This document shows, piece by piece, positions 20,162 through 29,364 of a stretch of 64,000 nt of DNA. The stretch comes from Promethearchaeota archaeon. Its GTDB lineage: Archaea; Asgardarchaeota; Lokiarchaeia; Sigyniarchaeales; SOKP01. Below the pieces are notes generated by a model. It worked only from the letters and a program-made list of their open reading frames with translations. It was not told the origin of the DNA and did not search any database. The first letter of the stretch is position 1. Each line of letters begins with the position of its first letter. Location of the stretch: contig JAEOTZ010000026.1 of NCBI GenBank assembly GCA_016839585.1, positions 1 to 64,000 on the forward strand, written 5' to 3'. Both the position numbers and the translations under genes were made by a program.

Positions 20162-21433
20162 TCACATTAGCATAGCTTTAAAAAATCGTGGACTTAATGT
20201 TATTTTTGAAAGTACGGGAAGCTTCCCGAACCATTTTTCCCCAAAATATCTGTCATTACTTGTATTATGGTTTGCTAGATCATGGTTAATATATGCTTCA
20301 TATATGTACTTTCTTGCTAATTTATTTTCATTAAGTAGTTCAGTATATAAGCGCCATAAAGACTTCACATAGGACCCCTCATTATATATCAAGTATTCAA
20401 GGGCATTCCCATTCTTAAAATAAGTCATTAAGATGCGTCTAACTTCTTGATCATACTTTTGTAGCTCTGATCGGCTAAAATTACTACCTTTCTCAAATAA
20501 TGGTTTTACAGTATTCGAAGCGATATCTGCACATGCTATTCCAGGCAACAATCCTTCGTAAAAGAAGGCAGTTACAATCCCGGCTGCTTCTCCTAGAACA
20601 AGAACTCGATCGTTTGAGAACCTTTTAATTGGATGTTTAGAGATGTCACCTACAAATGCAGTTGACAAATTATATTTTAACCCTTCAATAAACGGTTGGA
20701 TAGGTTTATAATTTTTTAAAATTCTTTCAAGTCTAGAAATAATTTCCTCCTTGGATTGGTTTTTTTCACCTAAAAATCCTGCTGAAATTCTCTCTTTACC
20801 TTTATTAAAGAAAAAAGGGCCATTCCAACTTATTTTAGGATTGATGTGAAAAGTATAGTTCCATTCAATATTCTCATTTATTTTGTTTTCATCTCCAAAT
20901 AGATGGAGATAGGTCCCGGTATAATGATCTGGAATTTCAAATCCCAAAGATCGCTGTAGATCAAAACCGCGTGAGCCAGTTGCCAATACTAATAGTTTTG
21001 TTGAATAAGAAGCACCTTTAGCATTGATTAATTCTAAATAATCACTGTGTCTGTTTATTTTTGAGATTCTCTCATTAGAGTTAAAGGTTCCCCCTTGTTC
21101 TTCAAATTTATTTATTAATTCTTCAATAAGATTTTCAGTATAACATATATTTCCTAAAGGTATTCCAAATTCATTAGAATCGATAACACCATTAAATTCA
21201 TCACTCATGTAATTTGATTTCGTGTGTTTACAAGGAAATATTGAACTGCTTTCCCAATCAGTTTCATTCTTTATAAAGGGTCTATTATGTTCTGGAAAGA
21301 TATTTGTTCTTATTGGAATATTGGAATGATGATAATCTTGAGCTTCTATAAGGAGTGTCTTTGCATATTTTGAAATTTTATTTGCAAAAGAAGCACCTGA
21401 TACTCCTGCACCGATGACAATTACATCATACAT
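20162..21433 (-). CDS. FAD-dependent oxidoreductase, geranylgeranyl reductase-like
   Basis: YDVIVIGAGVSG, LATG, LVLGEAAG..TAF..EG motif. Confidence 0.8.
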   Translation of the reverse strand: MYDVIVIGAGVSGASFANKISKYAKTLLIEAQDYHHSNIPIRTNIFPEHNRPFIKNETDWESSSIFPCKHTKSNYMSDEFNGVIDSNEFGIPLGNICYTENLIEELINKFEEQGGTFNSNERISKINRHSDYLELINAKGASYSTKLLVLATGSRGFDLQRSLGFEIPDHYTGTYLHLFGDENKINENIEWNYTFHINPKISWNGPFFFNKGKERISAGFLGEKNQSKEEIISRLERILKNYKPIQPFIEGLKYNLSTAFVGDISKHPIKRFSNDRVLVLGEAAGIVTAFFYEGLLPGIACADIASNTVKPLFEKGSNFSRSELQKYDQEVRRILMTYFKNGNALEYLIYNEGSYVKSLWRLYTELLNENKLARKYIYEAYINHDLANHNTSNDRYFGEKWFGKLPVLSKITLSPRFFKAMLM

Positions 21434-21524
21434 AATTAAGTTTCAAAATAAACAACAATAAAAAAGGTTTTTTCTTAAAACCTAATTCTTATTTTCTTTC
21501 TGAAAAGGTTAAGAATATGAAATT

Positions 21525-22277
21525 TTAAATAATGTTTTGTATTGTTTTCGAGATTTTTTCTAAATTGACTTCAGCCATTCCAAGTGGAACTGTAGAATCA
21601 AATAAAATCACGATAATTAGTGGTTCCAATTTCCAAGCTATTTCAATGATTTTTGAAAATACTTTTTGATTATTTTCCAAACTGTAAAAGGTCATATTAA
21701 ATTCATGTGCTACTTTATATCGAACTTCTAATTCTTTTAATGAGGATAATAAGATATCTTGAGGTAGCGATGAATAAATAACTTTTCCATTAATTGAAAA
21801 AAGTGCTGCTCCAATAATTTCGTTTTCAAACACCAGGCTTTTAATGTGATCGATTATTTTCCTATATAAAGCTCGACTTGACGTTAATTCAGCTTCACCT
21901 GTAATTATAGAATCAATCTTGAGATCAAATGCATGGTTCTCAATTATTTGATAATCATCAATATCAGCTGTTTTCAAGAAAACTCCAAATGCATCAATTA
22001 TACTGGCTAATCGAGAACTAATATATAATAGACTTGCGCTTGAATCTGATAATATTGTATATATGAAATCTTTCTGTATTCTGAAAACAAACCTAAAATC
22101 ACCCATTTCGATAATTTCAGGGGTTTGTTGCATTATTACATTTTCAGAGAAGGAAAAGATAGCTGAAAAGAAAGGGGTAATTAAATTTGGCTCTATATTC
22201 TCAAAATCTTCTGTAAAATTCCTGCTATAAATGCAAACTCCTGCTTTTGTTAGAATAAATAGAGAATGTATTTTCAT
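21525..22277 (-). CDS. Longin-like domain fused to roadblock/LC7-like domain (eukaryotic-signature-type protein)
   Basis: N-half 'HSLFILTKAGVCIYSRNF...LITPFFSAIFSFS...IEMGDFRFVF' (longin); C-half 'IIGAALFSINGKVIYSSLP...VPLGMAEVNL' (roadblock). Confidence 0.7.
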   Translation of the reverse strand: MKIHSLFILTKAGVCIYSRNFTEDFENIEPNLITPFFSAIFSFSENVIMQQTPEIIEMGDFRFVFRIQKDFIYTILSDSSASLLYISSRLASIIDAFGVFLKTADIDDYQIIENHAFDLKIDSIITGEAELTSSRALYRKIIDHIKSLVFENEIIGAALFSINGKVIYSSLPQDILLSSLKELEVRYKVAHEFNMTFYSLENNQKVFSKIIEIAWKLEPLIIVILFDSTVPLGMAEVNLEKISKTIQNII

Positions 22278-22532
22278 TAAGATAAAAACTACAAACTTAT
22301 TTTAAATTTAATTAAAGAAATTTAGTCTTATAAGTATTATTAAAAGCAAATTTATGATATTTTTGTACATTTGAATTAGTTGCCCTTAAAAAGATTTATA
22401 GTTGTCAAATATTTTTAATTTATTCGTAATTTATAAAATGATTTTTCTTATGAATTCATATTTTAGTCATGAATTTTTTTTCATAATAAAGATGTTTAAA
22501 TATCAATTTTTATTTGTTTTAAATAAGAAAGT

Positions 22533-22549
22533 TGTGATTACACATCACA
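22533..22549. promoter_or_regulatory. Palindromic operator TGTGAT-N5-ATCACA just downstream of the trx TATA box
   Basis: TATA-like TTTAAATA at 22518-22525; palindrome at 22533-22549 with outer arms GAAAGTT/AACTTTC. Confidence 0.6.
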
Positions 22550-22583
22550 TAACTTTCGACAAATTAAAAAAGAATGTTGAAAA

Positions 22584-22985
22584 ATGACTGATGATGAATT
22601 AGAAAAAATTAGACAGAGAAAAGTAGAAATGTTGCTAAAACAGCAATCAATGCCAAATGAAATTATAAAACTTCATGATATTAACGAATTGAATAAATTG
22701 ACAAAAGATTTTCCAGATAAGATCGTAATTATAGATCTCTGGGCGGTATGGTGCGGACCCTGTAAGATCTTTGCCCCAATTTTTGAGAAATTACAAAAAG
22801 AATATTCTAATGATTTCATATTTGCTAAAGTTAATGTTGATGAAAATCCGTCTATAGCACAATATTTTGGTGTTACAGCAATTCCAACCACTCTCTTTAT
22901 TAACAACGGGAAACTTGTAAGAAAATTTGTTGGAGTACTGAATTATGATACCTTAAAACAAATTCTCGAAAAACTTAAATCTTAA
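22584..22985 (+). CDS. trxA: Thioredoxin
   Basis: WAVWCGPC active site, IPT cis-Pro motif, archaeal 'DDELEKIRQRK' N-extension. Confidence 0.93.
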   Translation: MTDDELEKIRQRKVEMLLKQQSMPNEIIKLHDINELNKLTKDFPDKIVIIDLWAVWCGPCKIFAPIFEKLQKEYSNDFIFAKVNVDENPSIAQYFGVTAIPTTLFINNGKLVRKFVGVLNYDTLKQILEKLKS

Positions 22986-23052
22986 ATCAGCTCAATTTTG
23001 CAATTTATCCTTTTTATTTTAATTTTCAAAAAAGTAAATATGGTGAAACCTC

Positions 23053-23499
23053 TTGGAAAGTATTTCTGACCAATTAAAAAATATGTTAGAAGATAAAAAT
23101 ATTTATAGAAGTGGTAACTTGTTTAAATGCATTCTTGGTCTTAATGAATTAGAATCAACCATTTTTTCTTTCTTATTAAGAAATAAAAAAGTATGTACAG
23201 AAGAATTATCAAATGCTCTTAATAAAGATAGAAGTTCAATTCAAAGAGCACTTCAAAATTTAATTGAACTCAAAATAATTAAGAGAGAATCAATGTCTAG
23301 AAAAGAATTCTTTGAATTTAAAGGAAAAAATGACATAAATAAACGAGGTTATCTTTACGTTTATAGTGCAAAAGATTTAGGATTTGTAAAAAAACAATTT
23401 CGAGAATTATTGGATAAATGGTACAATTCCATGATAAATTATATTGGAAATTTAGATAGTACTTTTGATTGTTATAAAAATGAAGGACGACTATGTTAA
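23053..23499 (+). CDS. TrmB-like winged-HTH transcriptional regulator
   Basis: 'CILGLNELE...EELSNALNKDRSSIQRALQNL...GYLYVY'; GGTGA RBS before TTG. Confidence 0.8.
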   Translation: MESISDQLKNMLEDKNIYRSGNLFKCILGLNELESTIFSFLLRNKKVCTEELSNALNKDRSSIQRALQNLIELKIIKRESMSRKEFFEFKGKNDINKRGYLYVYSAKDLGFVKKQFRELLDKWYNSMINYIGNLDSTFDCYKNEGRLC

Positions 23500-23624
23500 T
23501 TCTTAACTAGTCATTAGCTTCATTCCAAACTTTTTGTAAATATATTATTTAAATTCATTTAATATTTGCCTTGTTTTTATTTTTTAAAAGATTTTAATAT
23601 TTTAGTTTATATTTTAAGATAATT

Positions 23625-24371
23625 ATGAAGGAAATTGATAATGTTGAATATTTTGATATTAATAATATTAGCGAGATGTTCCATAAAAAGATAAGTGCTG
23701 AAGAAATAAGAGGATATTTTGAAGAAGGTAAAATTAAAGGAAAAATAATAGAAAATGAGTGGTATACGAATCAAAATGCGATCGATGACTTCAAGAATTT
23801 ATTAGTCGATGAGAGAGCCATATTCGTAGGTCCTTATAAAATTGATTTATCAAATATTGAATTAAAAGGGAGAATCTTAGATATTGGGGGAGGGGGAGAA
23901 GGCGTAATTGGACAATTTAAGGGGGAACAGGTTGTTGCAATAGATCCTAATAGAAGTGAACTTGAAGAAGCTAAGAGTACTAAAGATTTAAAAATAGTTA
24001 TGGATGCTAAAGATTTACAATTTTTAGATAATACATTTGATACAGTTACTGCATTTTTCACTATGATGTATATCCAAATAGCGGATCACAAAAAAGTCTT
24101 CGAAGAAATATATAGAGTTTTGAAAAAAGATGGTGAATTTGTGCTCTGGGATTTAACTATACCAAATAGAGGTAATATTAAAAAAGACATCTATGGTGTA
24201 AGGCTTAATGTAAAAATTAATGATAAAATTATTGAAAGTGGTTATGGTATATTATGGAATAAAGAACAGGATATGGATCATCACTCAGACTTGGCTAAAG
24301 ATATAGGTTTTAAAATATTAAAAAAAGAAGAAGAAAAAGACACATTCTATTTAAGATTTAGAAAGAGCTAA
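23625..24371 (+). CDS. Class I SAM-dependent methyltransferase with N-terminal excisionase-like HTH
   Basis: ILDIGGGGEG, MDAKDLQFLDNTFD, RVLK..G; N-terminal 'IRGYFEEGKIKGKII...WY'. Confidence 0.82.
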   Translation: MKEIDNVEYFDINNISEMFHKKISAEEIRGYFEEGKIKGKIIENEWYTNQNAIDDFKNLLVDERAIFVGPYKIDLSNIELKGRILDIGGGGEGVIGQFKGEQVVAIDPNRSELEEAKSTKDLKIVMDAKDLQFLDNTFDTVTAFFTMMYIQIADHKKVFEEIYRVLKKDGEFVLWDLTIPNRGNIKKDIYGVRLNVKINDKIIESGYGILWNKEQDMDHHSDLAKDIGFKILKKEEEKDTFYLRFRKS

Positions 24372-24531
24372 TCCATTAGAAAGAGAGATTTAAAATAGAA
24401 TTAATCTCTAAATGGATTGAATATGGGACGAAAAATTATTCTCAGAAAGACTAAAATCCTTAAAGATAAAATAAATTGTTTTTAAATCATTTGAATAATC
24501 TTAATTAATTCAGAATTCGCTTGATTTCTCA

Positions 24532-24753
24532 TTATTTCCAAGCAGAGTGAGATATGATTGCATCATATGGGCATGCTCCTTCACAAGCTCCACACTCGAT
24601 ACATTCAGCAATATCTTCAGCATCTACCTTTCCATCAAGAATATCGTAAACTTGAACTGGGCAGACTTCTACACATTCTCCTGATCCAGCACAGAGATCC
24701 AAATTAATTTCAACCCAGTGATCATTAGCTTCCCATTTTTTTATATTTGACAT
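24532..24753 (-). CDS. Ferredoxin (2 x Fe-S)
   Basis: CAGSGECVEVCP and CIECGACEGACP. Confidence 0.9.
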   Translation of the reverse strand: MSNIKKWEANDHWVEINLDLCAGSGECVEVCPVQVYDILDGKVDAEDIAECIECGACEGACPYDAIISHSAWK

Positions 24754-24978
24754 AAAAAAATCATTACTCTAAAAATTTTACTAGATATTTTTTATAATTT
24801 TTCATCTAAAAAATTAATTCTTATATTCTATAATTTTAGTTTATCTAAATAAAGAAATAAGAGTCTTAATAGAATAATTGAGAGATAGTTCTTTTAAAAC
24901 TAGTGATAATTCTTAATCCATTATTTTATTAGAAAAATATCTTTTTATTATATTGAGAAAATTTTATAGGAATTATTT

Positions 24979-25887
24979 ATGAGTAAAAGTTCTTTTTCTG
25001 AGCATTTATTCCAATATCGGTCTGTAGAAAGGAAGAAACTCTACATTTCACTGATTATTACTACCACTGTTATGGTTTTAGAAATTATTGGTGGTTTAAT
25101 TACAAATAGCATCGCTTTGTTAAGTAATGCTGGTCATATGTTCACTCATAGTTTTGCTATTGGGATAAGTTTATTAGCAATTAATATTGCAAGAAAACCT
25201 CCTTGTCATCATAAAACTTTTGGCTTATACCGAGCTGAGGTGTTAGCAGCTTTTATTAATGGTTTATTTCTTATTCCAATTGTAGGAATAATGATATATG
25301 AAGCAATTCTTAGGTTTTTAAATCCAGAAGAAGTATTTGGTTTTTATATGTTATTGATTGCTCTTATAGGACTTTTTGTGAATCTAACAAGTATCAGAAT
25401 TCTACAAGGAAGCCAGAATAATAATTTGAATGTTAAAAGTGTGTTTTATCATATGATTGGAGATGCTGCTTCTTCAATTGGGATTGTAGTAGCTTCGATT
25501 ATTATACTTTATACTGATTTCAACATACTTGATCCAATTGTAAGTATTGGGATATCAATGGTAATTCTTTTTTGGGCTTGGAGTGTATTAAAAGAATCTA
25601 CAAGAATTCTACTTGAAATGGCTCCAAAAGGATTGAATATTGATACTATTAATGATGATTTGAAAAATAATTTTAAAGAGATTAAGGAAATTTATAATGT
25701 GCATCTCTGGACAATTACCCCTGATATGCTCATGTTTTCTGCTTATATAAAAATTGATGAAGAGATAAAGGCTAATCAGGATAACTTGATTTCTGAAATT
25801 AATAACTTTTTATTCAAAAAGTATAATATAATTGAATCAACGATACAAGTAATGCCTAAAAATGCAATAGAGGCTTGTAATATTTAA
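24979..25887 (+). CDS. Cation diffusion facilitator (CzcD/ZitB-like)
   Basis: SIALLSNAGHM, TFGLYRAEVLAAFING, HMIGD, C-terminal dimerisation domain 'HLW..T'. Confidence 0.92.
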   Translation: MSKSSFSEHLFQYRSVERKKLYISLIITTTVMVLEIIGGLITNSIALLSNAGHMFTHSFAIGISLLAINIARKPPCHHKTFGLYRAEVLAAFINGLFLIPIVGIMIYEAILRFLNPEEVFGFYMLLIALIGLFVNLTSIRILQGSQNNNLNVKSVFYHMIGDAASSIGIVVASIIILYTDFNILDPIVSIGISMVILFWAWSVLKESTRILLEMAPKGLNIDTINDDLKNNFKEIKEIYNVHLWTITPDMLMFSAYIKIDEEIKANQDNLISEINNFLFKKYNIIESTIQVMPKNAIEACNI

Positions 25888-25993
25888 GAACTCGTTTTTT
25901 TAATTATAAAATAAACATTTAAATAATAATATATCGATTCTAATTATTATTAACAATTTATAAAAATAGAATAAAAGGTATAAGTGGTCACAA

Positions 25994-26464
25994 ATGAGTT
26001 TAGAAAGGATAAAAGGTGAATTGTCAAGTTATTTTGTTGGAGCATTAATTTGTAGTGCGATAACTGGAATTTTATTTCTTGCTACTGATTTCGCCGGATG
26101 GTACAATTATAGTCCAAGGATTTATGGATGGGTTGGTTCTTATGCGTTATATGAAGGAGGGGCTCTTGGAGGGCTTGCTTTTGTCTTTATAGGATTAGCA
26201 TTTTTAGGGATTGCTGCTCTTTCATTTATAGCTCTTAGGGATCCAAAGAAAATACCTTCAATAAAGATATTACAAGGATCTATGGTTTTTTCAGCAGTTA
26301 TTGCCATTCTCAGTATAATTGGAGCCATAGTTTTTGAAGTAGAAATGGCTGATGCAGACTACACTGATTGGTGGTTAGGAGAAGCTTTTTATGGCGGATT
26401 AATCGGTGGAATATTAACAGCTGCTTTCCTATATCTTGCACTTAAAGGTTTTGAAGCTAAGTAA
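25994..26464 (+). CDS. Membrane protein (4 TM)
   Basis: Four hydrophobic helices; 'WWLGEAFYGG'. Confidence 0.75.
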   Translation: MSLERIKGELSSYFVGALICSAITGILFLATDFAGWYNYSPRIYGWVGSYALYEGGALGGLAFVFIGLAFLGIAALSFIALRDPKKIPSIKILQGSMVFSAVIAILSIIGAIVFEVEMADADYTDWWLGEAFYGGLIGGILTAAFLYLALKGFEAK

Positions 26465-26531
26465 TAACATCAGTTTATTTATAGGTGTTTATAATTAAAA
26501 TATCTAAATCTTACTATTTTTCCCTTTTTTT

Positions 26532-27188
26532 TTAAATAAGTATTGATGTTATCAAAGTCAACAATCCAATAATTATAAAAACAGAGGAGGAAATAAGTTT
26601 TAGATAAAATTTTGATATTTTTTTAGCTATTATTGCACCAAAAAGAATGCCAATCCAGGCTACACATATAAGAGCAAAAAAAGCACCCAACCATACTTCA
26701 ATTGGATTAGGATACCGGGAAGCCATAGTTATTGTTAAAATTTGAGTTTTATCGCCTAACTCCATTAAAAGTATGAAAATAAATCCTGCTAAATAGGGAT
26801 TGTTTCTTAATTTTACAAGTTTATTTTTAAAATTATGTGTAATTTCATTATCATCTATTTCAATATCTTTTGTTAAAATTTCTCCAGATTTTGATTTACT
26901 TCTTTCAAAGTAAAGTTTTTTCAAAGAACGAGCTTCTAAAATTCCGATTAAAATAAATATTATCGCAGACACTAAAGATATGATAAAGAGTGGAATAAAG
27001 CGGGTTATAATTATTCCAAAAACTACTCCAATTGTTACAATTAACGCAAAACCAATTGTAACTCCTATTCCAACTTTATAAAATTTTTCATATTCTAAAG
27101 CAAGATTAAAAACAATTAATTGAGTTTTATCTCCTAATTCTCCAAGGAATAAGATCCCAAAGGTTAAAAAAAGGATAAATAAGTCCAT
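26532..27188 (-). CDS. TMEM165/GDT1 (UPF0016) Ca/Mn transporter
   Basis: Two ELGDKTQ motifs. Confidence 0.93.
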   Translation of the reverse strand: MDLFILFLTFGILFLGELGDKTQLIVFNLALEYEKFYKVGIGVTIGFALIVTIGVVFGIIITRFIPLFIISLVSAIIFILIGILEARSLKKLYFERSKSKSGEILTKDIEIDDNEITHNFKNKLVKLRNNPYLAGFIFILLMELGDKTQILTITMASRYPNPIEVWLGAFFALICVAWIGILFGAIIAKKISKFYLKLISSSVFIIIGLLTLITSILI

Positions 27189-27459
27189 TACTAAGAAAAA
27201 AATTTATTTAGTTTAAAATTTACTGATTTTACCATTTGATTTTATTATCTTTTGAAGACTTTATCTAAATAAAACAATAAGCTTCTCTTATATTTTGATT
27301 TTTAAATTTCAATTATTATTCTTAATAGAGATGGCAAACTGGGTTATCTTTCGAACTAAAAAATTACTTATACTAGATAAGCCTAAAATTTATAATTAAT
27401 TACTTTTTGATAGATCATAAGATAAAACTAAGTATATGATTAAATAAGAGAAGAATTAA

Positions 27460-28380
27460 TTGGTTTCAATAGTTGATTTAATAATCCCTACGTTTTTAGC
27501 ATTTCGAGAAGGTTTAGAAGCCATATTAGTAATAGTCATAATATTATTATATTTAAAGAATACAAATCAGCAATTTTATTACAAATATGTATTCATTGGT
27601 AGTATTTTAGCAATTATTTCAAGTATAGTATTTGCACTTATTTTTACCGCAATACTAGGCGGATTTAGCGGAACTCTTGAAGAAACTTTTGAGGGTTATA
27701 CTTTTATAATATCTGGAGCTTTTATTATAACGTTAATTTTATGGATGAGTAAAGAAGGTCCCAAAATGAAGAAGACTTTAGAAGAAAAAGTGGAATTTTC
27801 AATTGAGACCGGGAAGATTATATCCATCTCTATACTTACATTTATAATAATTGTAAGAGAGGGAATAGAATTGGTACTTTTGCTAATTGGAGCAACATCA
27901 GTCGGATCTCTTAATCAAATAGGAGTTGTATTAGGATCTTCTATTGGTTTAAGCATTTCAGTTGGAATCGGTTTATTATTTTTTTATGGCATTAAAACCA
28001 TTAATCTATCAAAATTCTTTAAAATTTCTAACTTAGTTTTAATTTTATTTGCAGCTGGTTTGATTACTTATGGAATTCATGAGCTTATAGAAGCGGGTGT
28101 TATAAATCCAATTGTCGAAAATGTGTGGAATATGAAAAATATATTACCAGAAAGCTACCCTGACGGTAACCCAGCAACTCCAGTATGGCTTGAAATTATA
28201 GGTTCACTATTAAAAGCATTATTTGGTTATAACGCGAATCCCTCTTTGTTAGAAATAATAATTTATCCGACATTATTAATTTCAATAGGTTTAATTTCAA
28301 TGAAATTATGGAAACGAAATAATATTATAGTTTTAAACCAATATCCCCAGTATGAAATTCAGGAACAGAAAAATCAATAA
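27460..28380 (+). CDS. FTR1/EfeU-type iron permease
   Basis: Two RExxE motifs (FREGLEA, VREGIEL), 'GIHELIEAG', 'LKALFGY'. Confidence 0.92.
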   Translation: MVSIVDLIIPTFLAFREGLEAILVIVIILLYLKNTNQQFYYKYVFIGSILAIISSIVFALIFTAILGGFSGTLEETFEGYTFIISGAFIITLILWMSKEGPKMKKTLEEKVEFSIETGKIISISILTFIIIVREGIELVLLLIGATSVGSLNQIGVVLGSSIGLSISVGIGLLFFYGIKTINLSKFFKISNLVLILFAAGLITYGIHELIEAGVINPIVENVWNMKNILPESYPDGNPATPVWLEIIGSLLKALFGYNANPSLLEIIIYPTLLISIGLISMKLWKRNNIIVLNQYPQYEIQEQKNQ

Positions 28381-29307
28381 AAAAATTGTTAAGATAATTC
28401 CCTCTTTCCAATAGATCTGCTTCTTTTTAGCAATATAATTAAAATAGATTAATAAAGTAAAGAGAATAAGCCAATTCCAGAAGATGATTAAAGAAAAATT
28501 AAAACTTATGATAATAATTCCACTTATCCCAAAAGTTATTGCTAAATTCCAAAAAACCTTACCAATCATCCCTCCTAGGCCAATTTCTACACTTTTCTTT
28601 CGTATTGATTTAAAAACTAGAGTTAATTCCTCTACATTTGTGACAAAAGCAATTATTACAAGCCCAAAAAATGCTTCTGGGAGATTAGTAAGTTTTATTA
28701 TTTGTTCTGCAGAATAAATGAGCAATTCTCCTCCTAGAAATATGAAAGCAAACCCAATAATAATTAATATAATTTTTTTTCTTTTCGAATTTTGTAAAAT
28801 CTCTTGATTAACATCATTTTGAAGCTCTTTTTTGTCTAAACCAATTTCTACAATTCTATTTTGATTTAATTGTTTTAAATTCAAGTTAAGATAAATAAAA
28901 TAGATGATTATAACGATAATACCAACCATAATATATCCATAATTGACTAAGAATCCAATTGCAATTAAAATCATACAACTATATAATAAAAAGAAATAAA
29001 ATTGGGGAGCCGATTTAAAATTAATTTTATAGAAAAAAGCGGGAATAGCAAAACTAATTGTTAAAGCAATTATGGAATTGCCAATAACATTTCCTACTGC
29101 TATATAAGGAAGCCCATTTATTGCTGCGATTATCGAAGCTATTGATTCCTCAGGGTCAATTCCAAGAACTAATGAACCAATTATAAAAGGAGATAACCCA
29201 TAAATTAGACAAATTTCCTTTAAGTTGTCTAAAAAGAGATCTGCAGCAAAAAATATGATCAAATAACCAATAATAAATAAAAAAAGAAATATTAATAGAT
29301 CCAGCAT
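28333..29307 (-). CDS. Sodium:calcium exchanger family (YrbG-like) antiporter
   Basis: Two inverted 5-TM halves; alpha-repeat-like 'GIDPEE...GNVIGNSI' and 'TNVEEL...GGMIG'. Confidence 0.8.
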   Translation of the reverse strand: MLDLLIFLFLFIIGYLIIFFAADLFLDNLKEICLIYGLSPFIIGSLVLGIDPEESIASIIAAINGLPYIAVGNVIGNSIIALTISFAIPAFFYKINFKSAPQFYFFLLYSCMILIAIGFLVNYGYIMVGIIVIIIYFIYLNLNLKQLNQNRIVEIGLDKKELQNDVNQEILQNSKRKKIILIIIGFAFIFLGGELLIYSAEQIIKLTNLPEAFFGLVIIAFVTNVEELTLVFKSIRKKSVEIGLGGMIGKVFWNLAITFGISGIIIISFNFSLIIFWNWLILFTLLIYFNYIAKKKQIYWKEGIILTIFLLIFLFLNFILGILV

Positions 29308-29364
29308 ATCATTTTTGATTTGTAAGAATTTATTTGAAGAGAATATTATCCATATTTTTGGTTA

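Noticed and set aside
22533-22549. CRP/FNR site
   Set aside because: The TGTGA/TCACA spacer is 7 bp rather than 6, and the context is archaeal; kept only as a generic operator.
22402-22587. 61-aa ORF upstream of thioredoxin, and similar ORFs at 53271-53655 (+) and 61676-61879 (-)
   Set aside because: Low-complexity translations of AT-rich promoter DNA that overlap TATA boxes and operators.
24370-24418. Bulged inverted repeat after the methyltransferase stop
   Set aside because: Short AT-rich arms between convergent genes; at most a terminator-type hairpin, with no evidence for an ncRNA.
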